From: a virus
Length of the DNA stretch: 62,752 bases
Strand: one strand, 5' to 3'
Virus record (IMG/VR): IMGVR_UViG_3300032435_000007
The notes beneath the pieces were generated by a model. It ran no database searches. It was not told where the DNA came from and was given only the letters and a program-made list of their open reading frames with translations. Below, piece after piece: positions 21,691-29,146 of this stretch. Position numbers and translations under genes: made by a program. Positions within the stretch are counted from its first letter, which is position 1, and the number at the start of each line of letters is the position of its first letter.

Positions 21691-23552
21691 TGCCCGTCCT
21701 TACCGTCGATTTTGAAACCTTTTACGATAAGACATATAGTTTATCCAAACTAACTACGGAGGAATATATCCGTGATGCGTTGTTTGAGACTATTGGTGTA
21801 TCTGTACAGATAGACGATGGGCAGCCCGTATGGTTTTCTGGTGACTTTGATGGCACCGAGGCTTTCCTAGACCAGTATGATTGGCAGAACGCAACGGCGG
21901 TAGCCCACAACGCTGTGTTTGATATGGCAATAATGTGCTGGATATATGGCATCCGGCCCAAGCGTATAGTAGACACGTTGAGTATGGCCCGCGCCCTTCT
22001 GGGTACGCAAGTGAGCCTAAGCCTAGCAGCATTAGCCAAACATTTCAATTTGGGGCAGAAAGGCACCGCAGTACTAACCGCCATAGGATTACGGCGTAAG
22101 GACTTTAGCGCAGAACGGCTTGCCGAGTACGGCGTGTACTGCTGTAACGACACCAGCCTCACATACCAACTTTTCCTGAAACTGGTAGAGGGGTTCCCGC
22201 TGTCAGAACTGCGGTTGATTGATAAGACGATACGTATGTTCACCGAGCCACAACTGGTGCTGGATAAACAGTTATTAACCGATCATCTTGCCGATGTAGT
22301 CAAGAAAAAAGATGGTCTGCTGAACAAGGCTATGATTAGCAAGAAGCAGCTAATGAGCAACCCTGCGTTGGCGAAACTGCTGGATGGTCTGAGTGTAACT
22401 GTCCCTATGAAAATCAGCCCCACTACAGGTAAGGAAACCTTTGCTTTTGCCAAGACCGATGCGGAGTTTGTGGCCTTGAAAGAACACCCTAATATCTTCG
22501 TGCAAGCTATTGTTGCTGCGCGGCTAGGGGTTAAATCCACGTTGGAAGAAACCCGCACCGAAAGGTTTATTGAGATTGCGAGTCGCGGGCTACTACCCGT
22601 ACCACTACGCTACTATGCAGCCCATACAGGGCGTTGGGGTGGTGACGACAAAATCAATATGCAGAACCTTGGGCGTGGTTCGCCTATCAAGAAAGCGATC
22701 AAGGCTGGCTTGGGGGAAGTCATTATTGACTGCGACAGTAGCCAGATAGAAGCGCGCACGCTTGCTTGGCTTTCAGGGCAGCAGGATTTGGTTGAAGTAT
22801 TTGAGAAAAACAATGCTGAAATTTTTGCAGGGGTGCCAAAAGATAAAATGCAGTTCGACCCCTACAAGATTATGGCTTCTTCGATATACATGAAGCCAGT
22901 GGAGGACATAAATTCACACCCTGAACGGTTTGTTGGTAAGACGACAATTTTGGGCGCAGGGTATGGAATGGGGGCGTTGAAATTCCAAGGTCAGTTGAAA
23001 AACTTTGGGGTGCTTCTATCTTTGGCCGAGTGTCAGAATATTATTGATGTTTATCGCGGTACATTCCCTTGTATTCCGGCGCTATGGCGACAGGCACAAG
23101 CAGCTATTGAAGCTATGATTGATGGGAAAACGGCTCCCCTCGGGCGTAAGGGTGTCATAACTATAGTTAGCGGCAACCGCATCCTTCTCCCTAATGGCCT
23201 ACACCTAGAGTTCCCGAACCTACGATGGGAAAAGGATGAAGATGGTCGGAGACAAGCCTACTACGATATACGTAGAGGTAGGGCGATAATAAAGACCAAA
23301 CTATACGGCGGTAAATTGGTGGAGAATATATGCCAAGCCCTCGCCCGTATAATCGTCGGTGAGCAATTACTGAACATATCGAAGAGATATAACGTCGTTA
23401 TGACTGTTCACGATAGTGTGGTATCTTTAGCACTTTCCAAAGATAAGGAGCGCGCTGTTGCCTATATCGAAAAACAAATGCGTACCACCCCTACGTGGGC
23501 AGCGGGGCTACCCCTTAACTGTGAAACAAAGACTGGAGCGACTTATGGATAA
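21690..23552 (+). CDS. family A DNA polymerase with a 3'-5' exonuclease domain (620 aa)
   Basis: Exo I DFETFY, Exo II AHNAVFD, Exo III YCCND. Pol motif A DCDSSQIEAR, motif B RFVGKTTILGAGYG, motif C TVHDS. Confidence 0.9.
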   Translation: MPVLTVDFETFYDKTYSLSKLTTEEYIRDALFETIGVSVQIDDGQPVWFSGDFDGTEAFLDQYDWQNATAVAHNAVFDMAIMCWIYGIRPKRIVDTLSMARALLGTQVSLSLAALAKHFNLGQKGTAVLTAIGLRRKDFSAERLAEYGVYCCNDTSLTYQLFLKLVEGFPLSELRLIDKTIRMFTEPQLVLDKQLLTDHLADVVKKKDGLLNKAMISKKQLMSNPALAKLLDGLSVTVPMKISPTTGKETFAFAKTDAEFVALKEHPNIFVQAIVAARLGVKSTLEETRTERFIEIASRGLLPVPLRYYAAHTGRWGGDDKINMQNLGRGSPIKKAIKAGLGEVIIDCDSSQIEARTLAWLSGQQDLVEVFEKNNAEIFAGVPKDKMQFDPYKIMASSIYMKPVEDINSHPERFVGKTTILGAGYGMGALKFQGQLKNFGVLLSLAECQNIIDVYRGTFPCIPALWRQAQAAIEAMIDGKTAPLGRKGVITIVSGNRILLPNGLHLEFPNLRWEKDEDGRRQAYYDIRRGRAIIKTKLYGGKLVENICQALARIIVGEQLLNISKRYNVVMTVHDSVVSLALSKDKERAVAYIEKQMRTTPTWAAGLPLNCETKTGATYG

Positions 23553-23949
23553 GGAAGAAAGCATACCTATTGAGGGGGAGGCATACTTGCACGAAGGCGT
23601 GGTGCTTTTGGTGCGGCGCATCCGTAGCCACCCTGAAGAATTTGTGTTTCATACTAACGGATATCATCTTCTAGAGAGGTTCAAAACCCATACCAAAGGG
23701 GCGGACTTATCCGCTATCAAAACTGCTGTGTACGATATGGGGTTGGAGAAGATGCACAACGACTTGATGGAGCATATTCTTAACGACACCCTTGGTAAAA
23801 TACAGAATAGCGCCCAAACCACTCAGTCTGCGACTGGAACATACTATTCTTCCGCTTCGCAGCAAGCCGCTAATAATTACTCAAACAACCAGAGCAGTGC
23901 CAGTGGTGCGCTTAATAGTCTAGGCTCCCTTTTGCGAGGTACGATATGA
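23545..23949 (+). CDS. hypothetical protein (134 aa)
   Basis: ATG 23545 overlaps the end of the polymerase gene. Confidence 0.55.
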   Translation: MDKEESIPIEGEAYLHEGVVLLVRRIRSHPEEFVFHTNGYHLLERFKTHTKGADLSAIKTAVYDMGLEKMHNDLMEHILNDTLGKIQNSAQTTQSATGTYYSSASQQAANNYSNNQSSASGALNSLGSLLRGTI

Positions 23950-24539
23950 GTAAAGAATATAAATTTACCCAATCGTGGTTTGAAGCGGGGGAGCAGGTGT
24001 GGCCGCAGATTGTACCTTTGATGAAAGAGCGCAAGCATGTGCTGGAGGTAGGTTCTTTTGAGGGGCGCAGCAGTGTGTGGATTGTCGAGCATATGCTTGA
24101 AGACGGCGGTGTACTGCGTTGTGTGGATAACTGGCTAGGTAGTGAAGAGCATAAAGATGTTCCTATGGACGCGGCGGAAAAGCTGTTTGATTATAACGTG
24201 CAGTTAGCGGTGAAAAAATTCCCCAAACGGCGTGTACATAAATTCAAGGGGAATTCGGTAGGTATATTATCCAGTATGGCGGCGGATAATACTGGCTATT
24301 ATGATTTCATTTACATTGATGGTTCCCACACGGCACCCGATGTAATGTCCGATATTGTCATGGCATGGCCTCTTCTTAAAGTGGGAGGGATTATGGTGTT
24401 TGACGATTATCTATGGGGGGATGCGCGTGATGTACTGCATAAACCCAAGATATCCATAGACGCGTTTGTTACAATCTATGGAGAGAGCCTGAGTATCGTG
24501 CATATTGGTTACCAATTCGCGGTAGCCAAAACAAAATAA
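23946..24539 (+). CDS. class I SAM-dependent methyltransferase (O-methyltransferase-like, 197 aa)
   Basis: VLEVGSFEGRSS (motif I), FIYIDGSH, GGIMVFDDY. Confidence 0.7.
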   Translation: MSKEYKFTQSWFEAGEQVWPQIVPLMKERKHVLEVGSFEGRSSVWIVEHMLEDGGVLRCVDNWLGSEEHKDVPMDAAEKLFDYNVQLAVKKFPKRRVHKFKGNSVGILSSMAADNTGYYDFIYIDGSHTAPDVMSDIVMAWPLLKVGGIMVFDDYLWGDARDVLHKPKISIDAFVTIYGESLSIVHIGYQFAVAKTK

Positions 24540-24550
24540 GGATTGAGAAT

Positions 24551-24703
24551 ATGGATATTGTAGAGATTGTAGTAGGCGTTGTTATGCTCGCCGCTCTTGG
24601 GTATTTTGTTTATACCCGCATCAAGAAAACGAACAGCAATAGCGGCGGGACAACGGGTTCTGGTGGTCGCCGTGAACCACGCAACCCAACGGACCTTAAA
24701 TAA
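24551..24703 (+). CDS. small single-pass membrane protein (50 aa)
   Basis: IVEIVVGVVMLAALGYFVY hydrophobic helix followed by a basic tail. Lies between the methyltransferase and glycosyltransferase genes. Confidence 0.45.
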   Translation: MDIVEIVVGVVMLAALGYFVYTRIKKTNSNSGGTTGSGGRREPRNPTDLK

Positions 24704-24706
24704 CAC

Positions 24707-25468
24707 ATGAAAAAGGAAGAGGAGAAGCCGCGCCCGAGTGTGATGATTGCCACCCCTATGTATGGTGGTATGTGTAGTGGTCATTATGTCCAAGGACTGT
24801 TGAAGACCGCTGCTCGGCTTAGGGAGTTAGGTGTACCACTTTTGTGGGCGCACATAATGAACGAAAGCCTTATCACTCGGGCGCGTAACGAACTAGCGCG
24901 CATGTTTCTTGAGGGTGGGTACGACTACCTACTCTTCATTGATGCGGATATCGGGTTTACCCCTGAAGCAGTGTGTACGCTGCTAGCAGCAGACAAAGAC
25001 ATTGCGTGCGGTATCTATCCTAAGAAGGAAGTGAATTGGGATAGCGTCCAGAAGGCGGCAACGGAAGGTAAAGAAAACCTAGCGGATTTCGCTGGTTCGT
25101 TTGTGTTCAATATGAACAACAAAGACGAAGAGAGTGACGAGGATGGTATGATTGAAGTGCGCCATTCCGGCACAGGGTTCATGATGATTAAGCGTGATGT
25201 ATTCGAGCAGCTTATTCCCCACGTACCTACCTACCGCGTCAGTAGCCATAAAGGGGAGGATGGGGAGTACACCAACCCTCTTACCCATGAATTTTTCGCA
25301 ACAAGTATAGACGAAACGGGTGCCCTTCTATCGGAGGATTACCATTTCTGCGAGTTGTGGAAAACCCACGGTGGAAAGGTCCATGCTAACCCTTTCATCC
25401 AGTTGAGCCATGTTGGCACCTATGTTTTTGGTGGTGACATTTTGAAGTCAGGTGGCAACCTGAAATAA
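24707..25468 (+). CDS. GT-A-fold glycosyltransferase-like protein, paralog of 380..1111
   Basis: TRARNELARMFL..LLFIDADIGF..GTGFMMIKR, colinear with the other copy (ATAFMMIRR). Confidence 0.6.
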   Translation: MKKEEEKPRPSVMIATPMYGGMCSGHYVQGLLKTAARLRELGVPLLWAHIMNESLITRARNELARMFLEGGYDYLLFIDADIGFTPEAVCTLLAADKDIACGIYPKKEVNWDSVQKAATEGKENLADFAGSFVFNMNNKDEESDEDGMIEVRHSGTGFMMIKRDVFEQLIPHVPTYRVSSHKGEDGEYTNPLTHEFFATSIDETGALLSEDYHFCELWKTHGGKVHANPFIQLSHVGTYVFGGDILKSGGNLK

Positions 25469-25484
25469 CACATAGGAGCAGACT

Positions 25485-26156
25485 ATGAAAGTAGACGAGC
25501 ATTTTATTATCGCAGATAACGGCATCAAATTTGACCGCCGCCATTACGTACTGAATAATTCTAAACAGATTATGAAGCGTAAGCATCGCTACCCTACACC
25601 GAGCAATGACGGTATTCCAATTTACAAGAAGCTGTTCGCGCACTTCACGATGAACCCTGACGACAGCCCACAGGAAGTCCAGAAAATGTTCAACCTGAAA
25701 AGCGATACTACTGCCTACGCAGAAAGGAAGAAGGCGCGCATCGCGTTGCAGAAGGAAGGCAAGTGGAAAGGTAAGGTTACTACGTACAAGAAGTACAAGA
25801 AGCATAGAAAAGCCAAACACAGAACTGTTGAGGAACGTGGTATACCCGAGGATGTATTGACTAAGGACTTGGGAGGTGAGAAGGGGCAACGCCCACGGAT
25901 AGAGCCTATCACCCCTACGCCAGAAGTAAGCGCGGAGCCTACCACTCCCTTGCCAGAAAGTTTTGGTCGGAAGGTGCCGAAAGAGGATTTGGCAGCGGCT
26001 GCTCATATGGTGACGCAGGGTACGGGCAGAATAGCCCCTTGGCAGACTGCGTTTGCTGTTATGATTGGCGACGTAGTGACAGACCTTGAGAATGGACAAG
26101 CCCCAAACAGGATAGCGAGTAGACTGCGCGTTCTTGCCGATGCACTTAACCGTTAA
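25485..26156 (+). CDS. hypothetical basic protein (223 aa)
   Basis: AGGAGC RBS. Lys-rich centre. Confidence 0.6.
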   Translation: MKVDEHFIIADNGIKFDRRHYVLNNSKQIMKRKHRYPTPSNDGIPIYKKLFAHFTMNPDDSPQEVQKMFNLKSDTTAYAERKKARIALQKEGKWKGKVTTYKKYKKHRKAKHRTVEERGIPEDVLTKDLGGEKGQRPRIEPITPTPEVSAEPTTPLPESFGRKVPKEDLAAAAHMVTQGTGRIAPWQTAFAVMIGDVVTDLENGQAPNRIASRLRVLADALNR

Positions 26157-26166
26157 AGAAGGAAGT

Positions 26167-26460
26167 ATGATGGACAGCGGGCCAATGGATATGGACAAAA
26201 TGCTGGAGGTTACGCAGAATATTGCTGACCGCCACCATATGGATGTTGGAATTATCTTTGGCCCGCGCCGTTATGCAGAAGCCGCTAGGGCTAGGCGAAC
26301 TGTGTATTATAAGTTGTTTATGGGCGGGGTAGGCGTGGCCGAAATCGGGCGCTTCCTCAATAAAGACCATAGCAGTGTTATCCGTGGCATACAGAGGTAC
26401 AGAGAAGATGAAGAACGTAGCGAACGGTTGGCTAGTGTTCGCACTGGCAGCAAGCTTTAG
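26167..26460 (+). CDS. DnaA domain IV-like helix-turn-helix protein (97 aa)
   Basis: RRYAEAARARRTVYYKLF...VAEIGRFLNKDHSSVIRGIQRY is colinear with the DnaA C-terminal DNA-binding domain (R..aR..amYL....IG..f.rdHsTV.ha). Confidence 0.55.
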   Translation: MMDSGPMDMDKMLEVTQNIADRHHMDVGIIFGPRRYAEAARARRTVYYKLFMGGVGVAEIGRFLNKDHSSVIRGIQRYREDEERSERLASVRTGSKL

Positions 26461-26563
26461 CGCTGCTTACCTAATGGCAGTAACATTACGCGCGCGCCGC
26501 AAAGACGGCGCTATAAATTGGGCATGGGAATGGGCCGACACAGAGGAGGATTACCATGGATGA
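26408..26563 (+). CDS. small membrane protein (51 aa)
   Basis: WLVFALAASFSAAYLMAV helix. Overlaps the 3' end of the previous gene in another frame. Confidence 0.35.
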   Translation: MKNVANGWLVFALAASFSAAYLMAVTLRARRKDGAINWAWEWADTEEDYHG

Positions 26564-26702
26564 AGACACCCGCAAAATGCTGGTCGTAGTGGGGCAGGTT
26601 TGTGCGAAGGCGGTTAAGGAGTTAGACCGCAGAGACGCCGAGATTGACGCGCTTCATGCGGAGATTGACCACTTAAAGGCGATGGCAGGAGAGAAAAAAT
26701 GA
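26556..26702 (+). CDS. small coiled-coil protein (48 aa)
   Basis: Overlaps both neighbours (start and stop). Confidence 0.4.
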   Translation: MDEDTRKMLVVVGQVCAKAVKELDRRDAEIDALHAEIDHLKAMAGEKK

Positions 26703-27370
26703 GTTTCCCATGGTCATACAGTGCTATCAAGACGTTCGATCAGTGCCCTAAGAAATATTACCATCTGAAGGTAGCGAAAGACGTTAAAGACACTTACGGC
26801 GAAGCCGCCCGCTATGGCAACCTTGTCCATGAGGCTGCGGAGAACCGTATAAAAGATGGGACCCCTATCCCAGAGAAGTTTGGAGTTATCACTCCTTTCG
26901 TAACCACATTAGAGGAAATGCAGGGGAATAAGTTCCCAGAGTTACGTATGGGTGTCAAGCAGACCACCGATGGATATAAACCCTGCGATTTTGATGACCC
27001 TAAAGCATGGTATCGGGGCATAGCCGATCTGGTAATTATCAATGGGACCACCGCCCACCTGATAGATTATAAGACGGGTAAAAATTCCAAGTACGCCGAC
27101 ATGAAACAGTTGGACCTACTAGCTGGCGCGTTGTTTGTTCTTCGCCCGGATTTGGAAGTCATTAAGTCTGCGCTGCTATATGTAGTGACAAAGGATTTCT
27201 TCCCAAGAAAACACACGGTGGACCGCCGTGATGTGTACCTAGCTGCGTTCAAGGACCAGCTATCTGATTTGGATATGTGTATGAAAATGGGTGTGTGGAA
27301 CCCCAAAACCAGCGGGCTATGTGGTTGGTGCCCTGTGACTAGTTGTGAGCATTGGAAGCAAAGGAGATAG
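26699..27370 (+). CDS. PD-(D/E)xK exonuclease, Cas4/RecB-like with a Cys cluster (223 aa)
   Basis: N-terminal QCPKKYY, then GIADLVI...LIDYKTGK, and a C-terminal CGWCPVTSC. Confidence 0.75.
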   Translation: MSFPWSYSAIKTFDQCPKKYYHLKVAKDVKDTYGEAARYGNLVHEAAENRIKDGTPIPEKFGVITPFVTTLEEMQGNKFPELRMGVKQTTDGYKPCDFDDPKAWYRGIADLVIINGTTAHLIDYKTGKNSKYADMKQLDLLAGALFVLRPDLEVIKSALLYVVTKDFFPRKHTVDRRDVYLAAFKDQLSDLDMCMKMGVWNPKTSGLCGWCPVTSCEHWKQRR

Positions 27371-27373
27371 GCT

Positions 27374-27538
27374 ATGCTAATTTCTGTTATGTACTACGAC
27401 GGCAGACGTAGAAAATTAGAAGTGGAGGAACCAGAGGAAGCAGTCTGGATAATCCACGAGGAAATGAACGAAGTAGATTTCTGGCGTACCGGTAAAATAC
27501 ATACGTATATAAAAGATTATGAAAGTGGCAAGCGATGA
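27374..27538 (+). CDS. hypothetical small protein (54 aa)
   Basis: AAGGAG RBS. ATGA overlap with the ORF starting at 27535. Confidence 0.45.
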   Translation: MLISVMYYDGRRRKLEVEEPEEAVWIIHEEMNEVDFWRTGKIHTYIKDYESGKR

Positions 27539-28494
27539 ACGACCGCGCCGATGACGAGCGCAAGGCACACCCAACAGATAATCAGCGAACTGACCCGCCC
27601 GAAGGTGCTTTTTCAGCAGCGGGCGGTGGCGGCTGTTTTGGGTGTGCCGGTGCGCGAAACACCAAAAGAAAGAAACGCAAAATGACCATAGAGAAATATG
27701 AAGTAAAAAACCGTTTTATAGGATCGGTTCAATTCACCGCCAAAATATCCGTAACGCCAGATATGACACCAAGCGTCAAGCTAGGGCTGGCTGTCCGGTG
27801 GGGCGTGAAAAACGGTGCCGACCTGCGCGGTGTCTACCTGTTCGGTGCCGACCTGCGCGGTGCCGACCTGCGCGGTGTCTACCTGTTCGGTGCCGACCTG
27901 CGCGATGCCGACCTGAGCGGTGCCGACCTGCGCGATGCCGACCTGAGCGATGCCGACCTGCGCGATGCCGTCCTGAGCGATGCCGACCTGCGCGATGCCG
28001 ACCTGAGCGATGCCGACCTGCGCGATGCCGACCTGAGCGGTGCCGACCTGAGCGGTGCCGACCTGAGCGGTGCCGACCTACGCGATGTCGACCTGAGCGG
28101 TGCCGACCTGCGCGATGTCGACCTGAGCGGTGCCGACCTGAGCGATGCCGACCTGAACGGTGCCGACCTGCGTTCTTTCAAGTCATGTTTGTGGATGACG
28201 TTGACCGAAAACAAAACCGAGGTTCCCGCACTCGCTGAGAGCCTACGCAATGGCCGTGTAGATGGCTCTCAATATGAAGGCGAGTGCGCCTGTCTCGTCG
28301 GAACAATCGCAAACGCGAGGTGCGTTGATTACAATAAAATCCACCACAACGCGTCTGATCCATCAGAACAGTGGTTCTCTATGATTAGAGAGGGTGACAA
28401 ACCCGGCGATGATACTGGTGGCGGCTTTGCTGCGGAGATGGCCCTTGAATGGATCGAGGAATGGCAGGCGCTAAATGGGCAGGGCCAGCGATGA
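27535..28494 (+). CDS. pentapeptide-repeat protein (319 aa; alternative start ATG 27682 gives 270 aa)
   Basis: About 23 consecutive A(D/N)LXX pentapeptides (GADLRGADLRDADLSGADL...). The first 49 aa are low-complexity and begin inside an 18-bp repeat. Confidence 0.8.
   Translation: MNDRADDERKAHPTDNQRTDPPEGAFSAAGGGGCFGCAGARNTKRKKRKMTIEKYEVKNRFIGSVQFTAKISVTPDMTPSVKLGLAVRWGVKNGADLRGVYLFGADLRGADLRGVYLFGADLRDADLSGADLRDADLSDADLRDAVLSDADLRDADLSDADLRDADLSGADLSGADLSGADLRDVDLSGADLRDVDLSGADLSDADLNGADLRSFKSCLWMTLTENKTEVPALAESLRNGRVDGSQYEGECACLVGTIANARCVDYNKIHHNASDPSEQWFSMIREGDKPGDDTGGGFAAEMALEWIEEWQALNGQGQR
27820..28170. repeat. 15/30-nt periodic coding repeat (GATGCCGACCTGAGC / GGTGCCGACCTGCGC)
   Basis: Read directly. 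Encodes the pentapeptide tract. Confidence 0.9.
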
Positions 28495-28655
28495 CCAATC
28501 CTGAAATAGAATGTCCGGAGTGTGAAGGGTTGGGGAAGTAGCACCGTTAAGTCGCCAAGAGGTATGACATTGAGAACGGTTGATGACCCCTGCCCTGACT
28601 GCAACGGCGAAGGCTACCGCCCCATGACCGAAGACGAGATGAACGACCGCGCCGA
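28491..28655 (+). pseudogene. DnaJ-type double CxxCxGxG zinc-finger mini-ORF, split by a +1 frame change at a GGGG run
   Basis: Frame A gives MTNPEIECPECEGLGK*. The +1 frame continues ..SSTVKSPRGMTLRTVDDPCPDCNGEGYRPMTEDEMNDRAEHI*. Joined, they give a 56-aa two-knuckle zinc protein. Confidence 0.5.
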
Positions 28656-28675
28656 GCATATCTAGGAGAGAAGTG

Positions 28676-28879
28676 ATGGACGAAGAAACCGCAGCTATGT
28701 CTCTAAAATTACAGGGGGATGTACGAGCGCTTATCCGTGACGAGTTACGGGTAGCGATACAAGATGAACTATTTTGGGTATCAGTGATGAATTTTGAACC
28801 TATGGGGAGTAGGGTTAGCATATCTATGTCTTTGCGCCGTAATATGCTACACCATATCAAGAATAGTATACATACTTAG
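28676..28879 (+). CDS. hypothetical protein (67 aa)
   Basis: AGGAGAG RBS 5 nt upstream of ATG 28676. Confidence 0.5.
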   Translation: MDEETAAMSLKLQGDVRALIRDELRVAIQDELFWVSVMNFEPMGSRVSISMSLRRNMLHHIKNSIHT

Positions 28880-28888
28880 GAGATAGCA

Positions 28889-29140
28889 ATGCCGTACACC
28901 AAAACGCCTCGCCCATATAAAAAAGAATATGAAAAATATGGTGGCACAGAAGTGTATAAGAAGCGGCGGGCCAAAACCAACGCTGCCAGAGCCAAGATGG
29001 TGAAGGCAGGGAAAGCCAAGAAGGGGGATGGCAAAGACGTAGACCACACAAAACCGATATCTAAAGGTGGGACCAACAAGGCTAGCAACCTGAAAGTAAT
29101 CTCGCGGAGCAAAAACAGAGCAAAACGCAACGGGAAATGA
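28889..29140 (+). CDS. small basic HNH endonuclease-like protein (83 aa)
   Basis: DVDHTKPISKGGTNKASNLKVISRSKN fits an H-N-N spacing. Confidence 0.6.
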   Translation: MPYTKTPRPYKKEYEKYGGTEVYKKRRAKTNAARAKMVKAGKAKKGDGKDVDHTKPISKGGTNKASNLKVISRSKNRAKRNGK

Positions 29141-29146
29141 GCAAGT

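Noticed and set aside
24122-24130. A perfect DnaA box (TGTGGATAA) as a target of the DnaA-like protein or as an origin
   Set aside because: It is a single copy inside the methyltransferase CDS. One 9-mer match is expected by chance roughly half the time in a genome of this size.
27798-28250. ORFs encoding RCRPE or SASRR repeats in other frames of the pentapeptide gene
   Set aside because: They are frame artefacts of the 15-nt DNA repeat. Only the A(D/N)LXX frame has a non-repeat N-terminal and C-terminal domain and sensible gene context.
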